Source: Octopus vulgaris | Lineage: Eukaryota | Length of the DNA: 64,000 nucleotides | Assembly: GCA_951406725.2 (NCBI GenBank) | Contig: OX597821.1 | Location: 66,030,001-66,094,000 of the forward strand | Direction of reading: 5' to 3' | Shown: one piece after another, positions 13,704 to 27,231 of the stretch | How positions within the stretch are numbered: position 1 is the stretch's first letter | How the letters are laid out: every line of letters begins with the position of its first letter | Made by a program: the position numbers and the translations under genes | The notes under the pieces: generated by a model | The model's database searches: none | Told to the model about the DNA's origin: nothing | Seen by the model: only the letters and a program-made list of their open reading frames with translations

Positions 13704-13875
13704 GGTGCAGGAGTGGCTGTGTGGTAAGTAGCTTGCTAACCGACCACATGGTTCCGGGTTCAGTTCCACTGCGTGGCATCTTGGGCAAGTGTCTTCTACT
13801 ATAGCGTCAGGCCGACCAAAGCCTTGTGAGTGGATTTGGTAGACGGAAACCTAAAGAAGCCTGTCGTATATATGT

Positions 13876-13937
<62 letters not shown>

Positions 13938-14140
13938 TTGTGTGTCTATGTTTGTTCCGCCAGCGTTGCTTGACAACCAATGCTGGTGTGTTTACAACCC
14001 CATCACTTAGCGGTTCGGCAAAAGAGACCGATAGAATAAGTACTGGGCTTACAAAGAATAAGTCCCGGGGTTGATTTGCTCGACTAAAGGCGGTGCTCCA
14101 GCATGGTTGCAGTCAAATGACTGAAACAAGTAAAAGAGAG
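13704..14140 (+). mobile_element. SINE family A, full length
   Basis: Same head, microsatellite and tail as the copy at 8389. Confidence 0.92.
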
Positions 14141-14169
14141 AAAGAGAAAGAGATATACTTTTATTCATT

Positions 14170-14325
14170 TTCTTTCGGTTACCATCTACCAAATCCACTC
14201 TCAAGGCTTTGGTCGGCCTGACGCTATAGTAGAAGACACTTGCCCTAGGTGTCACACAGTGGGACTAAACCCAGAACCATGTGGTTGCGAAGCAAGCTTC
14301 TTACCACACAGCCACTCCTGCACCT
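14170..14325 (-). mobile_element. SINE family A, head half
   Basis: Reverse complement of the family-A head. Confidence 0.9.
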
Positions 14326-14339
14326 ATTTTTTAAAGTTT

Positions 14340-14482
14340 AGGAGTGGCTGTGCAGTAAGTAACTTGCTTACGAACCATATGGTTCCGGGTTCAGTCCCAC
14401 TGCATGGCACCTTGGGTAAGTGTCTTCTACTATAGCCTCGGGCCGACCAAAGCCTTGTGAGTGGATTTGGTGGACGGAAACT
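14340..14482 (+). mobile_element. SINE family A, head half
   Basis: AGGAGTGGCTGTG...GGACGGAAAC. Confidence 0.9.
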
Positions 14483-14723
14483 CTACCTCTCAAACTCTGG
14501 CGGAGTGCTCTGTACCATTAAGCTAAGAGATTCCTGATTTTGGTTGAGTATGTGTCTTGCTGCTCGAAGTTTCACCTGTGGATGCACACAATCTTCAAGT
14601 TAATTCACCTGAGACATGACCAAAATAAAATATATTGGTAATTTGTATTTTGCTATTGAGTACTATTTCTCCGGTATGTGCAAGTATTATGTGTGTGTGT
14701 GTGTGTGATATGTATATCAGTAA

Positions 14724-14957
14724 GGGCTGTGAGCTGCCAGAATCATTTTCACGCCGGATGAAATGCCTAGCAGTATTTCATCTACCATTACATTCGGAGT
14801 TCGAATTCCGCCGAAGTCGACTTTGCCTTTCATCCTTTCAGGGTCGATTAAATAAGTACCAGTTAAGCACTGGGGATCGATGTAATCAACTTAATCCCTT
14901 TGTCTGTCCTTGTTTGTCCCCTCTATGTTTAATCCCCTGTGGGCAATACTGAAATAG
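14724..14957 (+). mobile_element. SINE family B (tRNA head, Meta/MESC-like central domain)
   Basis: GAGCTG.CAGAA A box, GAGTTCGAATTCC B box, central GTCGACTTTGCCTTTCATCCTTTC.GGGTCGAT..ATAAGTACCAG. The domain name is from memory. Confidence 0.85.
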
Positions 14958-14964
14958 ATAAGTA

Positions 14965-15215
14965 TTTATGAAACATTCACAAAAGCAGGGATGATAGTAC
15001 CTTCGGAGTTTCAGACTGCTAGCTTTCATCGGAGTGTATATATATATCTCATATCTACATAGCCGAGTCTGTACGAGAAATTCAAGAGTAGATATGCAGA
15101 TTCAGCTTTGAATAAATTCCATCTGACTCTATTTAATAATATTGAACACATTTTTTACTGCATGGCATTTCACTCCAGTGTAAATCCATAGACATCAATA
15201 AAATGTATATGAGAG
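14965..15215 (-). mobile_element. Penelope-like terminal fragment with degenerate hammerhead
   Basis: Minus strand 15004-15035 reads ACTCCGATGAAAGCTAGCAGTCTGAAACTCCG. Confidence 0.4.
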
Positions 15216-15219
15216 TATA

Positions 15220-15233
15220 CATATATACATAAT

Positions 15234-15269
<36 letters not shown>

Positions 15270-15420
15270 ATTAAGATATGTATACACACATACATATACA
15301 TATACATATATATAAATATACATATATATATACATTGATTAAGATATATATACATACATACATATACATATATATACATAAATACATATATATATACATA
15401 CATACATATATATATACATA

Positions 15421-15492
<72 letters not shown>

Positions 15493-15990
15493 CATACATA
15501 TATATGCAGACATACATATACATACATACATATCAATATATACTGCTCTATATCTTAGAGGTTTACTTCTTTCGGATTTATGTTTTTTTACAAATGATAC
15601 ACACACATATACACATATATATATGTATACACATATATACTCACCCATACATATACACACATGCATATGCACACACATACATATATATAAATGCATACAT
15701 AAATGCATACACACATCAATACATATATATACACATATACATCTATAAATACAAACATATACACACATAGATATAACTACATATATATACATATACACAA
15801 ACACATATAAATACATACATATACCACATACATATAAATACATATGTATATACACATATAAATATATACATATAAATACATACATACACACACATACAAA
15901 TAAATAGATGCATACACACACATGCATTTACATGAACATACATATAAATACATACATGTATAAACACATACATGTAAATACACACACATA
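15220..15990. repeat. Degenerate (TA/CA/TACA)n microsatellite field
   Basis: Direct inspection. Confidence 0.95.
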
Positions 15991-16442
15991 ATATTCTCCC
16001 AATGTTCCTATCTCATCCTGATCTCTCTTTCTCTTTCTCTCTCTCTTTCTCTTCTGTTACCACCACCACCACCACCATCCAGACCCTGACCTAGGGCCTT
16101 ACCCTAACACAGCTCTTTCCACCAGCACCATCTCACTGTCCTCCCCCCCCGCCCATAATTTAGCACCTGCACCCCCCACCCCCGCCTCCGAACTTTCTCT
16201 CCCAATTCCACAGAACCAGCAGCATTAAGAAACAGCAGCGGCACCGACAGCAGCACTGAGCTAAAACAGAGCAACACACACACACACACACACACAACCC
16301 CAACCAAAAAAAAAAGCAAAAAAAATAGGAGTGCAATGCAACACTGAATTCTGGGTAACATCATCTTCTGATTCCTTTCTGTTTTCAGTGTATTCACTAC
16401 ATTGACCTAGAAACATGATAAAACAGAAACAAAGAACCCAAC

Positions 16443-16475
<33 letters not shown>

Positions 16476-16639
16476 CAAAAAAAAATGATGATGCCATATT
16501 GGTGTGCGTGAGTGGTGGAGGAGGTGCGGTGCATTACCATTGTTGCTCTTGTTGTTGTTGTTGCTGTTCTTGTTTGCTTGTTAATCTTCTTTTGATGTCG
16601 GTGATATTGATTTCTATACCGGAGCGTCTATGTACGTGT

Positions 16640-16846
16640 GCATATACACACACATACATATATGTGTGTGTGTGTATATATATATATATGTATATTTATG
16701 TATGTGTATATATATGTGTATATATATATATATATATATTTATATATGTGTGTGTGTATATATATATATTTATATATGTGTGTATATATATATATATGTG
16801 TGTGTGTATATATATATATATATTGATATATATATATTGATATTTA

Positions 16847-16877
<31 letters not shown>

Positions 16878-16938
16878 ATGTGTATATATATATATATATA
16901 TATGTGTATATATATATATATATTTATATATGTGTGTG

Positions 16939-17004
<66 letters not shown>

Positions 17005-17012
17005 GTATGTGT

Positions 17013-17059
<47 letters not shown>

Positions 17060-17235
17060 GTGTGTATATATATATATATATACATACATATATATATATA
17101 TATATTTATGTGTGTTTATATATATATATATATATATATTTATATGTGTGTGTATATATATATATATATATACACACACACATACATATATATACATATA
17201 TCTGTGTAGGTGTGCGTGTGAATGTGTATATGCAA

Positions 17236-17270
<35 letters not shown>
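16640..17270. repeat. Compound (TA)n(TG)n microsatellite with recurring TTTATATATGTG junctions
   Basis: Direct inspection. Confidence 0.95.
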
Positions 17271-17271
<1 letters not shown>

Positions 17272-17768
17272 GTTATAAGATGCACTTTGTGATGCAGGCA
17301 GGCAGGCCAGACAGCTGCGTGTTTAGCAAGAGAGTCGTTCCCACGAAGCACATCATCAGCAAACAACTGCAACAGGAACACAAACAATGACACCAACTAC
17401 ATCAACAACAACAACAACAGCAGCAGCAACAACAACAACAACAACAATGTCATTGGCAATTAGAATAATTTCGAAAACAGGTCAAAGGTCGCAAGTATTT
17501 TTTTTTTATTTTTACTTATGACATAGAGGTGGTTTGAGGTGATTTGGGGTGGTGCCAGTGTGGCAAGAGGGTATAAATTGAACTCTGTGATACATTGGTA
17601 AGCTATTATAATGTTCATGGAAGGATAAAAGCGAAAGTTAGCTTCAACAGTTTTAGACATAAAATGGAATTCTGCAAACTACGATCCTTCACTCTTTGAT
17701 GACCTTTTGATGATACTAATATTATTATTATCAATAATAATAATAATAATGATAATAATAGTAATAAT

Positions 17769-18067
17769 GAGGAAGAAAGAAAAGTCGATAGATGTGACAG
17801 GTTAGCTTGGGAGGTTTAAGCAGTTGTGGTCGATGAAAAAGGTGGTAGTAGTACCAACAATTGTCGGAGCCCTGGGAACAGCAAGTAAAAATCTTGAGAA
17901 GTACATAGAACAAATAGGAGCTGCAATAAGTGTGGAGCACTTGCAGAAAACAGCACGGCTTGGAACCGCTCGGATACTCCAGATGGTGCACGAAAAATAA
18001 TGGGTGTTCACTGGTAGTGAACAGCTGACACCATAGTACATCTCCAGCATTAGAAGTTGTGCAAAGG
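17769..18067 (+). mobile_element. 5'-truncated R4/Dong-like LINE (endonuclease C-terminus and 3' UTR) in (TAA)n
   Basis: EERKVDRCDRLAWEV / KQLWSMKKVVVVPTIVGALGTASKNLEKYIEQIGAAISVEHLQKTARLGTARILQMVHEK*. TAA repeats on both sides. Confidence 0.85.
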
Positions 18068-18123
18068 TAATGATAATAATAATAATAATGATGATAATAA
18101 TAATAAATAAATAAATAAATAAA

Positions 18124-18522
18124 TGTGGTAAGTAGCTTGCTAACCAACCACATGGTTCCGGGTTCAGTCCCACTGCGTGGCATCTTGGGCAAGTGTCTTC
18201 TGCTATAGCCCCGGGCCGACCAATGCCTTGTCAGTGGATTTAGTAGACGGAAACTGAAAGAAGCCTGTCGTATATATGTATAGATATATATATATGTGTG
18301 TGTGTGTATGTTTGTGTGTCTGTGTTTGTCCCCCTAGCATTGCTTGACAACCGATGCTGGTGTGTTTACGTCCCCGTCACTTAGCGGTTCGGCAAAAGAG
18401 ACCGATAGAATAAGTACTGGGCTTACAAAGAATAAGTAATGGGGTCGATTTGGTCGACTAAAGGCGGTGCTCCAGCATGGCCGCAGTCAAAATGACTGAA
18501 ACAAGTAAAGGAGTAAAAGAGT
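18124..18522 (+). mobile_element. SINE family A
   Basis: Head slightly 5'-truncated, full tail. Confidence 0.92.
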
Positions 18523-18975
18523 ATGATAATAATAAATAAATAAATAAATAAATAGATAAATAAATATAAATATATAATCTTAACAAAAAAATGAAGTAAG
18601 CTGACGTAATTTTTGAACCTGTGGAAAGCACGCTAGATGCTGAAATATCGTTCAAACGATTTCACATGATAACTATGACACTCATCTATTTTTTTATTGT
18701 TGTATAATTTATGGAGGAGTTACCTCAGTCTTAAACTGGGGATCAACAAGAGTATTTCAAGGGTCCTTGAAAAAGTTTTGCTTTAGATATATGTTTGGTG
18801 GGTATTGTAAAGAAACAGCTGGGTCTCTTTCTCTAACATTTTACATAGCTCAATCTGCACAAGTTAATGTGTTAAGAACAAAATAAAAATTTTGAAAGAA
18901 GCTTCTATAAAACTAGTTTTTACACTCTGAATGTCTATTGGGGTCCACCAGAATAAAACAGTAATTAAGAGGGTC

Positions 18976-19395
18976 ACTCTTAACACTCTTTAACTCTTTT
19001 ACTTGTTTAAGTCATTTGACTGCAGCCATGCTGGAGCACCGCCTTTAGTCGAGCAAATCGACCCCAGGACTTATTCTTTGTAGGCCTTGTACTTACTCTA
19101 TCGGTCTCTTTTGCTGAACCGCTAAGTTACGGGGACATAAACACACCTGCATTGGTTGTCAAGCGATGTTGGAGGGGACAAACACGGAAACGCAAACACA
19201 CACACACACACACATATATATATACATATATACGATGGGCTTCTTTCAGTTTCCGCCAACCAAATCCACTCACCAGGCTTTGGCCGGCCTGAGGCTATAG
19301 TAGAAAACACTTGCCCAAGGTGCCATGCAATGGGACTGAATCCAGAACCATATGGTTGGTAAGCAAGCTACTGACCACACAGCCACTCCTGTGCC
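18976..19395 (-). mobile_element. SINE family A, full length, probably nested in a hAT-like MITE (about 18715-19425)
   Basis: Reverse complement of family A, followed by the TIR-like AAAATGGTTGAGTAACCCCTG. Confidence 0.9.
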
Positions 19396-19805
19396 ATATA
19401 TAAAAAAATGGTTGAGTAACCCCTGGTTTAGTCAATCAAATTACCCCCTGGTACTTATTTTTTGCTGGTACTCCTGATTTCTCACTGCATTGCTGGTTTA
19501 CAGAAATGTAAACAAACCAACAACAAGTATCAATGGATAAAGCAAATTGTTGAGGACCATTATATTATAGTGTAAACCTTCAAATACCATCATTCTCTTT
19601 CCAAACCCTTGCTACATTTCATGTGGAATTTTTGGGACTCCAAAGTCATCTCAGTGTATAAGTTAACCGACATTTTGTGACTTTAAATTTTAGTCTACAA
19701 TATTCCACTTGTATGCTGGAAAATATGATATATTCATGTAATATACCAGTTTGAAGCATACACTTTGATCTATTAATTTATATTAATAAATTAATACTTT
19801 AATAA

Positions 19806-20043
19806 ATTGACCTTTATGCTACCGTATTTCTGTTGAGATATTTTGTGTATGCTTCAATTAATATAGAAAATAATGAAGAGTTTAGTAAAATAACTGTCTT
19901 ATTATTAAGCTGATGTTTGGAACATAAATTAACATGGTATTTTAATGAGAGGCTTCAATTTAGATCACTGTAAAAGAGGAAGTTTTATATCATAGAAGCA
20001 GGAGGTGGTCTCAGGCAGTTTTGTAACAAAAAAAAAAGGTTAA
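19806..20043. mobile_element. piggyBac-like MITE (family P1), inverted relative to 500-726
   Basis: Ends AAAAGGTTAA. Internal TTTAGTAAAATAAC...AACATAAATT matches the reverse complement of 500-726. Confidence 0.65.
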
Positions 20044-20384
20044 TTATGCTAATAAATTTCAATGTTTATTCTTGTATATTTTTAGGTTGACAAGTTAAAA
20101 AGCAAAAAAGGAAAGAAAATAAATTTAATGCTAGAATAACATCATCATGATAATCATCATTTAACGCCCATTGTCCATGCTGGCATGGGTTGGACAGTTT
20201 GACCAGAGCTGGCAAGCTGATGGGGGTGGTGCTCCAAGTTCCAGTCTGATTTGGCATCACTTCTACAACTGGGTGCCCTTCCTAACACCAACCACTTTAC
20301 AAAATGTGTTGAGTGCCTTTATGAAGCAATGCACAGGTACTTCTATGGCTTTTTTTTACATATGTATGTATATATTCTTTTATC

Positions 20385-20607
20385 CTTATACTTTTTTCAG
20401 TGATTTGAGTGTAGCCATCCTGGGGCACTGCCTTCAAATGTTTTAGTCAAATAAATTGACCCCAGGACTTATGTTTCAAAGCCTGCTTATTCTATCAGCC
20501 TCTTTTACCGAACCGCAAAGTTACGGGGACACAAACACATCAGCATCGATTGTCAAATGATGGCAGAGTTACAAACACAGATGTGTACACACACACACAT
20601 GCATGTA

Positions 20608-20667
<60 letters not shown>

Positions 20668-20835
20668 CATACAACAGCCTTCTTTCACTTTCTGCCTACC
20701 AAATCCACTCACCAGGTTCAAGTTGGCCTAAGGCTATGGTAGAAGACACCTACCCAGGGTGCCACACAGTGGGACTGAACTCGGAACCATATGGTTGGTA
20801 AGGAAGCTTCTCACCACACCGCCACTCCTGCACCT
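20385..20835 (-). mobile_element. SINE family A, older copy
   Basis: Reverse-complement match with more substitutions. Confidence 0.85.
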
Positions 20836-21912
20836 ATGTATACAACACACATATATTGCATGTGCTTATATATATATATATGTATATTATATATATATAC
20901 ATGCATATATATAAACACACACACACACCTATCTATCTATATATTTAACTATCTGTATATCTATCTATCTATATATATATATGTGGGTGTAGGTGTATAT
21001 ATATATATATATATATATATGCAGAAGACATTAGTGTGCAGTGAATCAAATACTTGGCGATGTGCAGCAGCTACAACTGGCATAGAGCCAGTAATACATG
21101 CCTGTCTATAGACAGGTAAGAACAGGTACAGCAGATCTGATGAGGCAGGAAGTTTTCTTCTGATATCAGCTGGTTGTCTTCCGCTAAAGAAACTGACAGA
21201 TATAATGATGATAGTTGTGGTAATGTGATGATGCTGCTGCTGCTGCTGAGGAATATAAACATCAGGATGATGATTATCATGATGATGATGATGATAACAA
21301 TTACAGTGGTTCAAAAATAGTTTTAAACTGTAATTAAATATACATAAAGATATACATATTTGTATATGCATGCATCTGTCTGTGAATGTATATGTATATA
21401 TATGATCATTTAACATCCACTTTTCCATGGTCGACTGCATGGGTCAAGCAGAATTCGTTCAAGCAGATTTTCTAGACTTTCTATGGATGGATGCCTTTCC
21501 TATCACCAACCTTCACCTGTTTCCAAGCAAGATAATGCTTCTGCATTGTCGCACACACACACAGAGATTTTTATTTATTTATATATATATATACATACTT
21601 TTATGAACATGTGTATACACAAGTATACACATGTATACAAATGTATTCAGCTGGACTGAAACATGTAAAAAAATAAAAGAATGAATAAACATGCTTATAC
21701 ATATATATATATACACATACATACATATATATGTATATATATATATACGTTTATCTATATACATATGCGTACATATACATATATGTGTGTGTGTGTATGT
21801 GTATATATGCATATATATGTGTGTTTGTATACATGTGCATATATACATGTGTGTGTGTGTATATATATATATATAAAAAGATAGATAAGATAGATAGATA
21901 GATAGATAGATA

Positions 21913-22052
21913 TTCTTTTACTTGTTTCAGCCATTTGATTGTGGCCATGCTGGAGCACCGCCTTTAGCCGAACAAATTGACCCCAGGATTTATTCTTTGT
22001 AAGCCCAGAACCATGTGGTTGGGAAGCAAGCTTCTTACTACACAGCTACCTA
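21913..22052 (-). mobile_element. SINE family A, internally deleted
   Basis: Tail joined directly to the head at AAGCCCAGAACC. Confidence 0.8.
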
Positions 22053-22864
22053 CATATACATACATATACATTCATATACCTGTACTTGCATAAACATAAT
22101 CATTCACACATACACACACACTCACATACACATATATGTATATATACAAGCATACATAACTGCAAGCATGCATATGTGTGCACACACACACACACACACT
22201 TTCTAAATGTTGTGATGATGACGATGATGATCACGGGCCAGAAAATCTCTGACCATAGGTTTTCTCGACCAGTGCTTATACAAAGGTTAAGAAATATCAG
22301 CAATAATCATGATCATCACCACCACCACCACCACCACTACCATCAATGCCACCGTCACCATCATTGCCAAATTGTTTTCCCATCATCCCTAGCTACGCAA
22401 TCAATAACTGACAGCATCCACTTTTATCCCTGTTGCCTTCACTATCATCATCATCATCATCATAACCATCGTCTACATCATCGCCACCACCGCCACCCAC
22501 AATTATCACTGACCAGCCAACTCCTACTTTGTATGTTTGAAGAACACATTGGCACAAACTCAGCGGGAGGATGTTAGGTGAAGTATTTGAGTAAGTAATG
22601 CAGTAGCAAAATATGAAACGAATTTAGAATGAGAACTCGTTAGAGGTACTAAAAACACCTATAAAATGTAGTTTTTAAGTGCAGAAACCTGTTAAAAGGA
22701 AATGTTTCGACTGAACTTCATTCATTATTTTCGCCATTTATTCTTCTGCGGTGTTTCTTGAAAAACTGTTGGAGAATTTTGGTGGTGGGTGGGCATAAAT
22801 GGAAGAATTTTTTTTTTTTTAAATTGGTAAAAAAATAAAATAAATGTATACCAGGGCCAACTAA

Positions 22865-22900
<36 letters not shown>

Positions 22901-23026
22901 TTTTGAATGTGTCTTGTATCTTTTCTTGTTTGCCATGCCTTGTAAAACATCTGGTAGTTGTTTTGAGGTTTTGTGATTAAAACTGTGAAGCTATAAATTT
23001 TAATAATAATAATAATAATAATAATA

Positions 23027-23541
23027 CTTGCTTTATTGACCATCAGGGCTGAACACAAAACATAAAAGGTGATACACAGACAAGAGACAGTGGGGTTAAA
23101 TGTGTAAACAGCAAAAAGAAACACAACAATTAACAGGGAGATTTAAACCAACAATGTACTACCCCAATAGCGGGGAGTTCCACTGAGAGGTGACCAAAGG
23201 AACCTTACACACTTTGGACCCCCTATCCCGAAAGGCATCTGAAGTATGCCTCCTTCTCCTCCTCATTCCATTTGGCCTACAGATATACACTTAGAGTAGG
23301 CCCATTCACAAGGGCCTTTCTTGCCATATTCACCTTCAACAAACATACTAGGTGACAGCACCTCCCTCTTCAGCCTCACTTTCCTTTTCAGATGGAACCT
23401 GAAAAAGACAATGAGGCCTTGGCCAAAGAGGAAAGTACCTGTCTTGAACCCTTCAATCACATCCACCACACAACCTCTTTTGCTTAGCCACCAGATACAG
23501 AAAAAACTGCCAAAGGAAAAAGGCAGGGTGATCTTCACGAT
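23027..23541 (-). mobile_element. Tx1/L1-type LINE 3' fragment
   Basis: IVKIT...GFKTGTFLFGQGLIVFFRFHLKRKVRLKREVLSPSMFV resembles Tx1 ORF2 C-termini (from memory). AATAAA followed by a (TAT)n tail. Confidence 0.65.
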
Positions 23542-23724
23542 TATATTAACAATAATAATAATAATAATAATAATAGTAATAATAATAATAATCCTTTCTA
23601 CAATAGGCACAAGGCCTGAAATTTTGCGGAGGAGACAAGTTGATTGCATTGACCCCAATGTTTCACTGGGACTCGGAAGGATGCTAAATAATAATACTAA
23701 TAATAATGATAATAATAGAAGTAG

Positions 23725-24266
23725 TACCAGGCAGTGGCTTTTGTGGCTTCTGATCTTAACTGATTGGAAGTGTTATCATGTACATTGTTTTGTCTTGGTA
23801 TAAAAGATGGGCTACAGCAAATATTCTGCTCAATACCACAGATTTGCTTGTCAGTTGTTTGACCGTAAACAGTTGAGCATGTTCCTTAGTGGCTGATGAT
23901 ATGTGCATCTCTGATCACGAGCAGAAGTAGTCAGAGAGTATCATAGCTGTTTGTCAAGAGGGATTCTTGGAGGTTTGGATAATTCCCCTTTGGAAACATA
24001 GGTGTTTCATTCAACATCCTTAAACAACCTTTACTCAGGGACCTTTTGTGCGGGATGGGTTACTCGACCTGAAGAAAATTCTAACTGGTCCCACCTGCAA
24101 GGTCATATGCTGTTTATCTTGATATGAGATCATCATGTCGCGTACATATGGTTGTGATGCATGTGCCTAGTGTACCCTTATCAGACGGGTAGTCATGACG
24201 GGTATACTGGGCTTCGTATATTTGTAGCCCAGTGTCACTTTGATGGCATGCACTGCTCTCTCACTC
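23725..24266 (+). mobile_element. TAA-tailed retroelement 3' region (possible R4/Dong-type UTR)
   Basis: The 3' 230 bp closely match 56997-57225, with the same end CTCTCTCACTC(AAT)n. Both copies sit within TAA tracts. Confidence 0.7.
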
Positions 24267-24883
24267 AATAATAATTATAATAATAATAATAATAATAATG
24301 ATAATAATGATAATAATAGTAATAGTTTCAAATTTTGCCACAAGGGCAGCAATATTGGGGGAGAGTTCAACTGGTACTTGTTTTACTGACCCTGAAAGGA
24401 TGAAAGGCACAGTTGACCTCGGCAGAATTTGAACTGGGAATGTAGTGATGTATAAAATACTGCTGTGGTGACTTAGTTGTTGCTTCTGCTTCTTACATGC
24501 TAGGTCAACTCCTAGTAGTTTTTTTTATCAAAGGCATTCCAACTGTGACCCTCCCATCAATTTTGCAGATGTGTCTTCAGGTATATTATTGGTATTCAAC
24601 ACCCATATTTATTTATTTTTTTTTTAAATACACAGAAAGAAAATGACATTGGGATGTGATTTTAAGGGAGATCAGGCTACTGTTTCTGGTGGGTTGAGTT
24701 GTTTGTACAGGTAATATTCTTGCTTCAGAGAAATTAATGTTATAGAATTGGAGTGTCAACAGAAAAACACAAGGAGAGAGGACAAAGCTGAAGAGCAAGC
24801 AGGTGGGGAAAGAGGTATTGTCTTAGAAAAGCAGAAAAGAGACAGAGAAATCATTATCATCATCATCCATCTTCCATGTTTCT

Positions 24884-25115
24884 TATTTCTTTATTGCCCA
24901 CAAGGGGCTAAACATAGAGGGGACAAACAAGGAAAGAAAAAAGAGGTTAAGTCGATTACATCGACCCCAGTGCGTAACTTGTACTTAATTTATCGACCCT
25001 GAAAGGATGAAAGGCAAAGTTGACCTCAGCGGAATTCGAACTCAGAACGTAACGACAGACGAAAAACCGCTAAGCATTTCACCCAGCATGCTAACGTTTC
25101 TGCCAGCTTGCTGCC
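24884..25115 (-). mobile_element. SINE family B
   Basis: Reverse complement of the copies at 14724 and 56484. Confidence 0.88.
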
Positions 25116-26404
25116 TTCCATGTTTGCATGAGCTGGACAGTTTGGTGGGAGCTGACCAGCTAGGGAGGTGTCCAGACTCTAATTGTCTGTTGCGACATGG
25201 TTTCTATGGTTGGTTGCCCTTCCTAATGCCAACCACTTTACAGAGCATGCTGGCTGTTCTTTACGTGCCACCAGCATGGGTGCATTTACACAGCACTGGC
25301 ACGAGTGTATTTTATGTGGCACCAGCACCTGTAAAGGACAAGCCAGTATATATGGATGACAACGATTTTACTTGGCTTGTGGCATCGTAGGTAGAAGTTA
25401 TAGGTCAAAAAAGAATCAGATGACATAATAGTAGTGATGACAGAGTGGACACAGACAGAGAGTGGGTAGAGCAAAGCAGTGGAGTAATGATAAGAGGATA
25501 CTGGTTGAGAACAAAGGACATCATAGTAGTGGTAGCAGAATGAACAAAGACTGGCCACAGCTCAACGGTGGATTAATAGATGGTGGGGTTTTAGTTTAAA
25601 AGAAGAAAGAATGTTGTAGAAGTGATGGCAGAATGGACAAAAAGAGAGGGTACAGCTCAACAATGGATTAAAGGATGGAGGATATTGGTTGAAAAGGAAG
25701 AGTGAACATCATAATATCAAATGAAAAGATGCAGAGATAGATAGGAAGGAGAGACGGTGGGTGAGAGAATTAAACAATGAGCTTAAAGGCTAGAGTATGT
25801 TACTTCAAAGGTACACAGAAGCATTGTATTGAAACCATCGTTGAAATAACAAAAAGAGGATATACAGTGCCTGGCAGAACACCAGTAATGGGGAGAGAGA
25901 GAGAGAGAGAGAGTCTGCAGCAATGGATTATTTAGCTAAGTTAATTAATAGCCAAACTATATATATATGTATTATGTATTATATTATATATGTATTATAT
26001 TATATATCACACACACACACACATATATACATATACATTATATATATGTATATATATATATATATATCGGATGGTAATTGGGAACCAACACATTGAAGAT
26101 GAACAGAAAAAGGAAAACAAAAAAAAAAAATTAATAACCAACACTATAAATTACCACAAATAATAATAACAACAACAACAACAACAACAGCAAATCTACA
26201 GAATTAAAAATGAAGAACAAAAGCAACAATTATAAAGACAAGATGGAGCAAAAGGCAGAATGGAAAGTTGAGGAGAAGGAAGAGGAGGTAGAAATAGGAC
26301 ATAATAAAAATAGTAGGGGATGGCATGGTGGGATTCGCAGGATGAATTGGTGGTTGGCAGGGGGAAAGAGGAATGGCAGTAAAAACAGAAAAACAATCAC
26401 CTGA

Positions 26405-26603
26405 ATCATATAATGAAATCATAAAGTGTGGTCTAGATGCTACAGGCTTCCATTCCCAGCTTGAGCCAGAGGGGCTAGGCCAAGGGGCCAGTAAAAGGCC
26501 TGATGGTATGACAATTTTTCCCTCCCATTCCATGGCAGGAAGCTCTCTCATCATCTGGGATGCCACAATGTTTGCCATTCTGTCTGCTGGGACTATGAGA
26601 TGA
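26405..26603 (+). mobile_element. CRE-clade non-LTR retrotransposon endonuclease remnant, internally deleted
   Basis: NEIIKCGLDATGFHSQLEPEGLGQGASKRPDGMTIFP..GSSLIIWDAT (RPDG..WDAT motif) joined to a C-terminus-like FAILSAG. Confidence 0.75.
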
Positions 26604-26709
26604 AAGGGGTCTGAATTACAGGGAATTGAGAGAAAATAAGAATTTCATAGCTTATTACCCTGTCCCCACCAACCATAGTTGGTCTTTATATGTCTATACT
26701 GTTATTCAA

Positions 26710-26933
26710 ACTACAACTACTACTACCACCACCACCACTACTACTGCCATCACCACTACAGCTACCATCACCACAACCACTACTACGACGACCACCACCA
26801 TTACTACTACCACCACAACCATCACCAATACTACTACTACTACAACCATCACCACCACCACTACTACTATTACCATCATGATCACCACTACTGCTACTAC
26901 TACTATTACCCCACTGCTACTACTACTATTACC

Positions 26934-26973
<40 letters not shown>

Positions 26974-27010
26974 CAGCACCCCACCACCACCACTACTACT
27001 ATAACCACAA
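26710..27010. repeat. (ACT/ACC)n trinucleotide repeat
   Basis: Direct inspection. Confidence 0.95.
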
Positions 27011-27231
27011 CTTTATGAATCATTATACTTTATGGAAACAGTGGGTGGATGAAGAGAGAGTGGGATCTAGTGCAGGTAGTCATTCTTAGTGGTGGTGATG
27101 GTAGCCTTTAGCTACAGGCCTGTCATGATTGAATAGATTTTTGATCAAAAGTGTCCCAACCATGCCCACCCCATCCGTTTTATTTATTTATTTTTTTTCA
27201 GACAATGGAATATCTATAAAGCTTTTCTTCT

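Noticed and set aside
21025-21115. Possible exon ending at ACAG|GTAAGA, with the 16-bp palindrome CCTGTCTATAGACAGG
   Set aside because: No pyrimidine tract, and stops in all three frames from the first upstream acceptor. The palindrome alone is uninformative.
21137-21200. CTGATGAG...GAAAC hammerhead candidate
   Set aside because: Three extra bases before GAAA and no complementary stem I or III.
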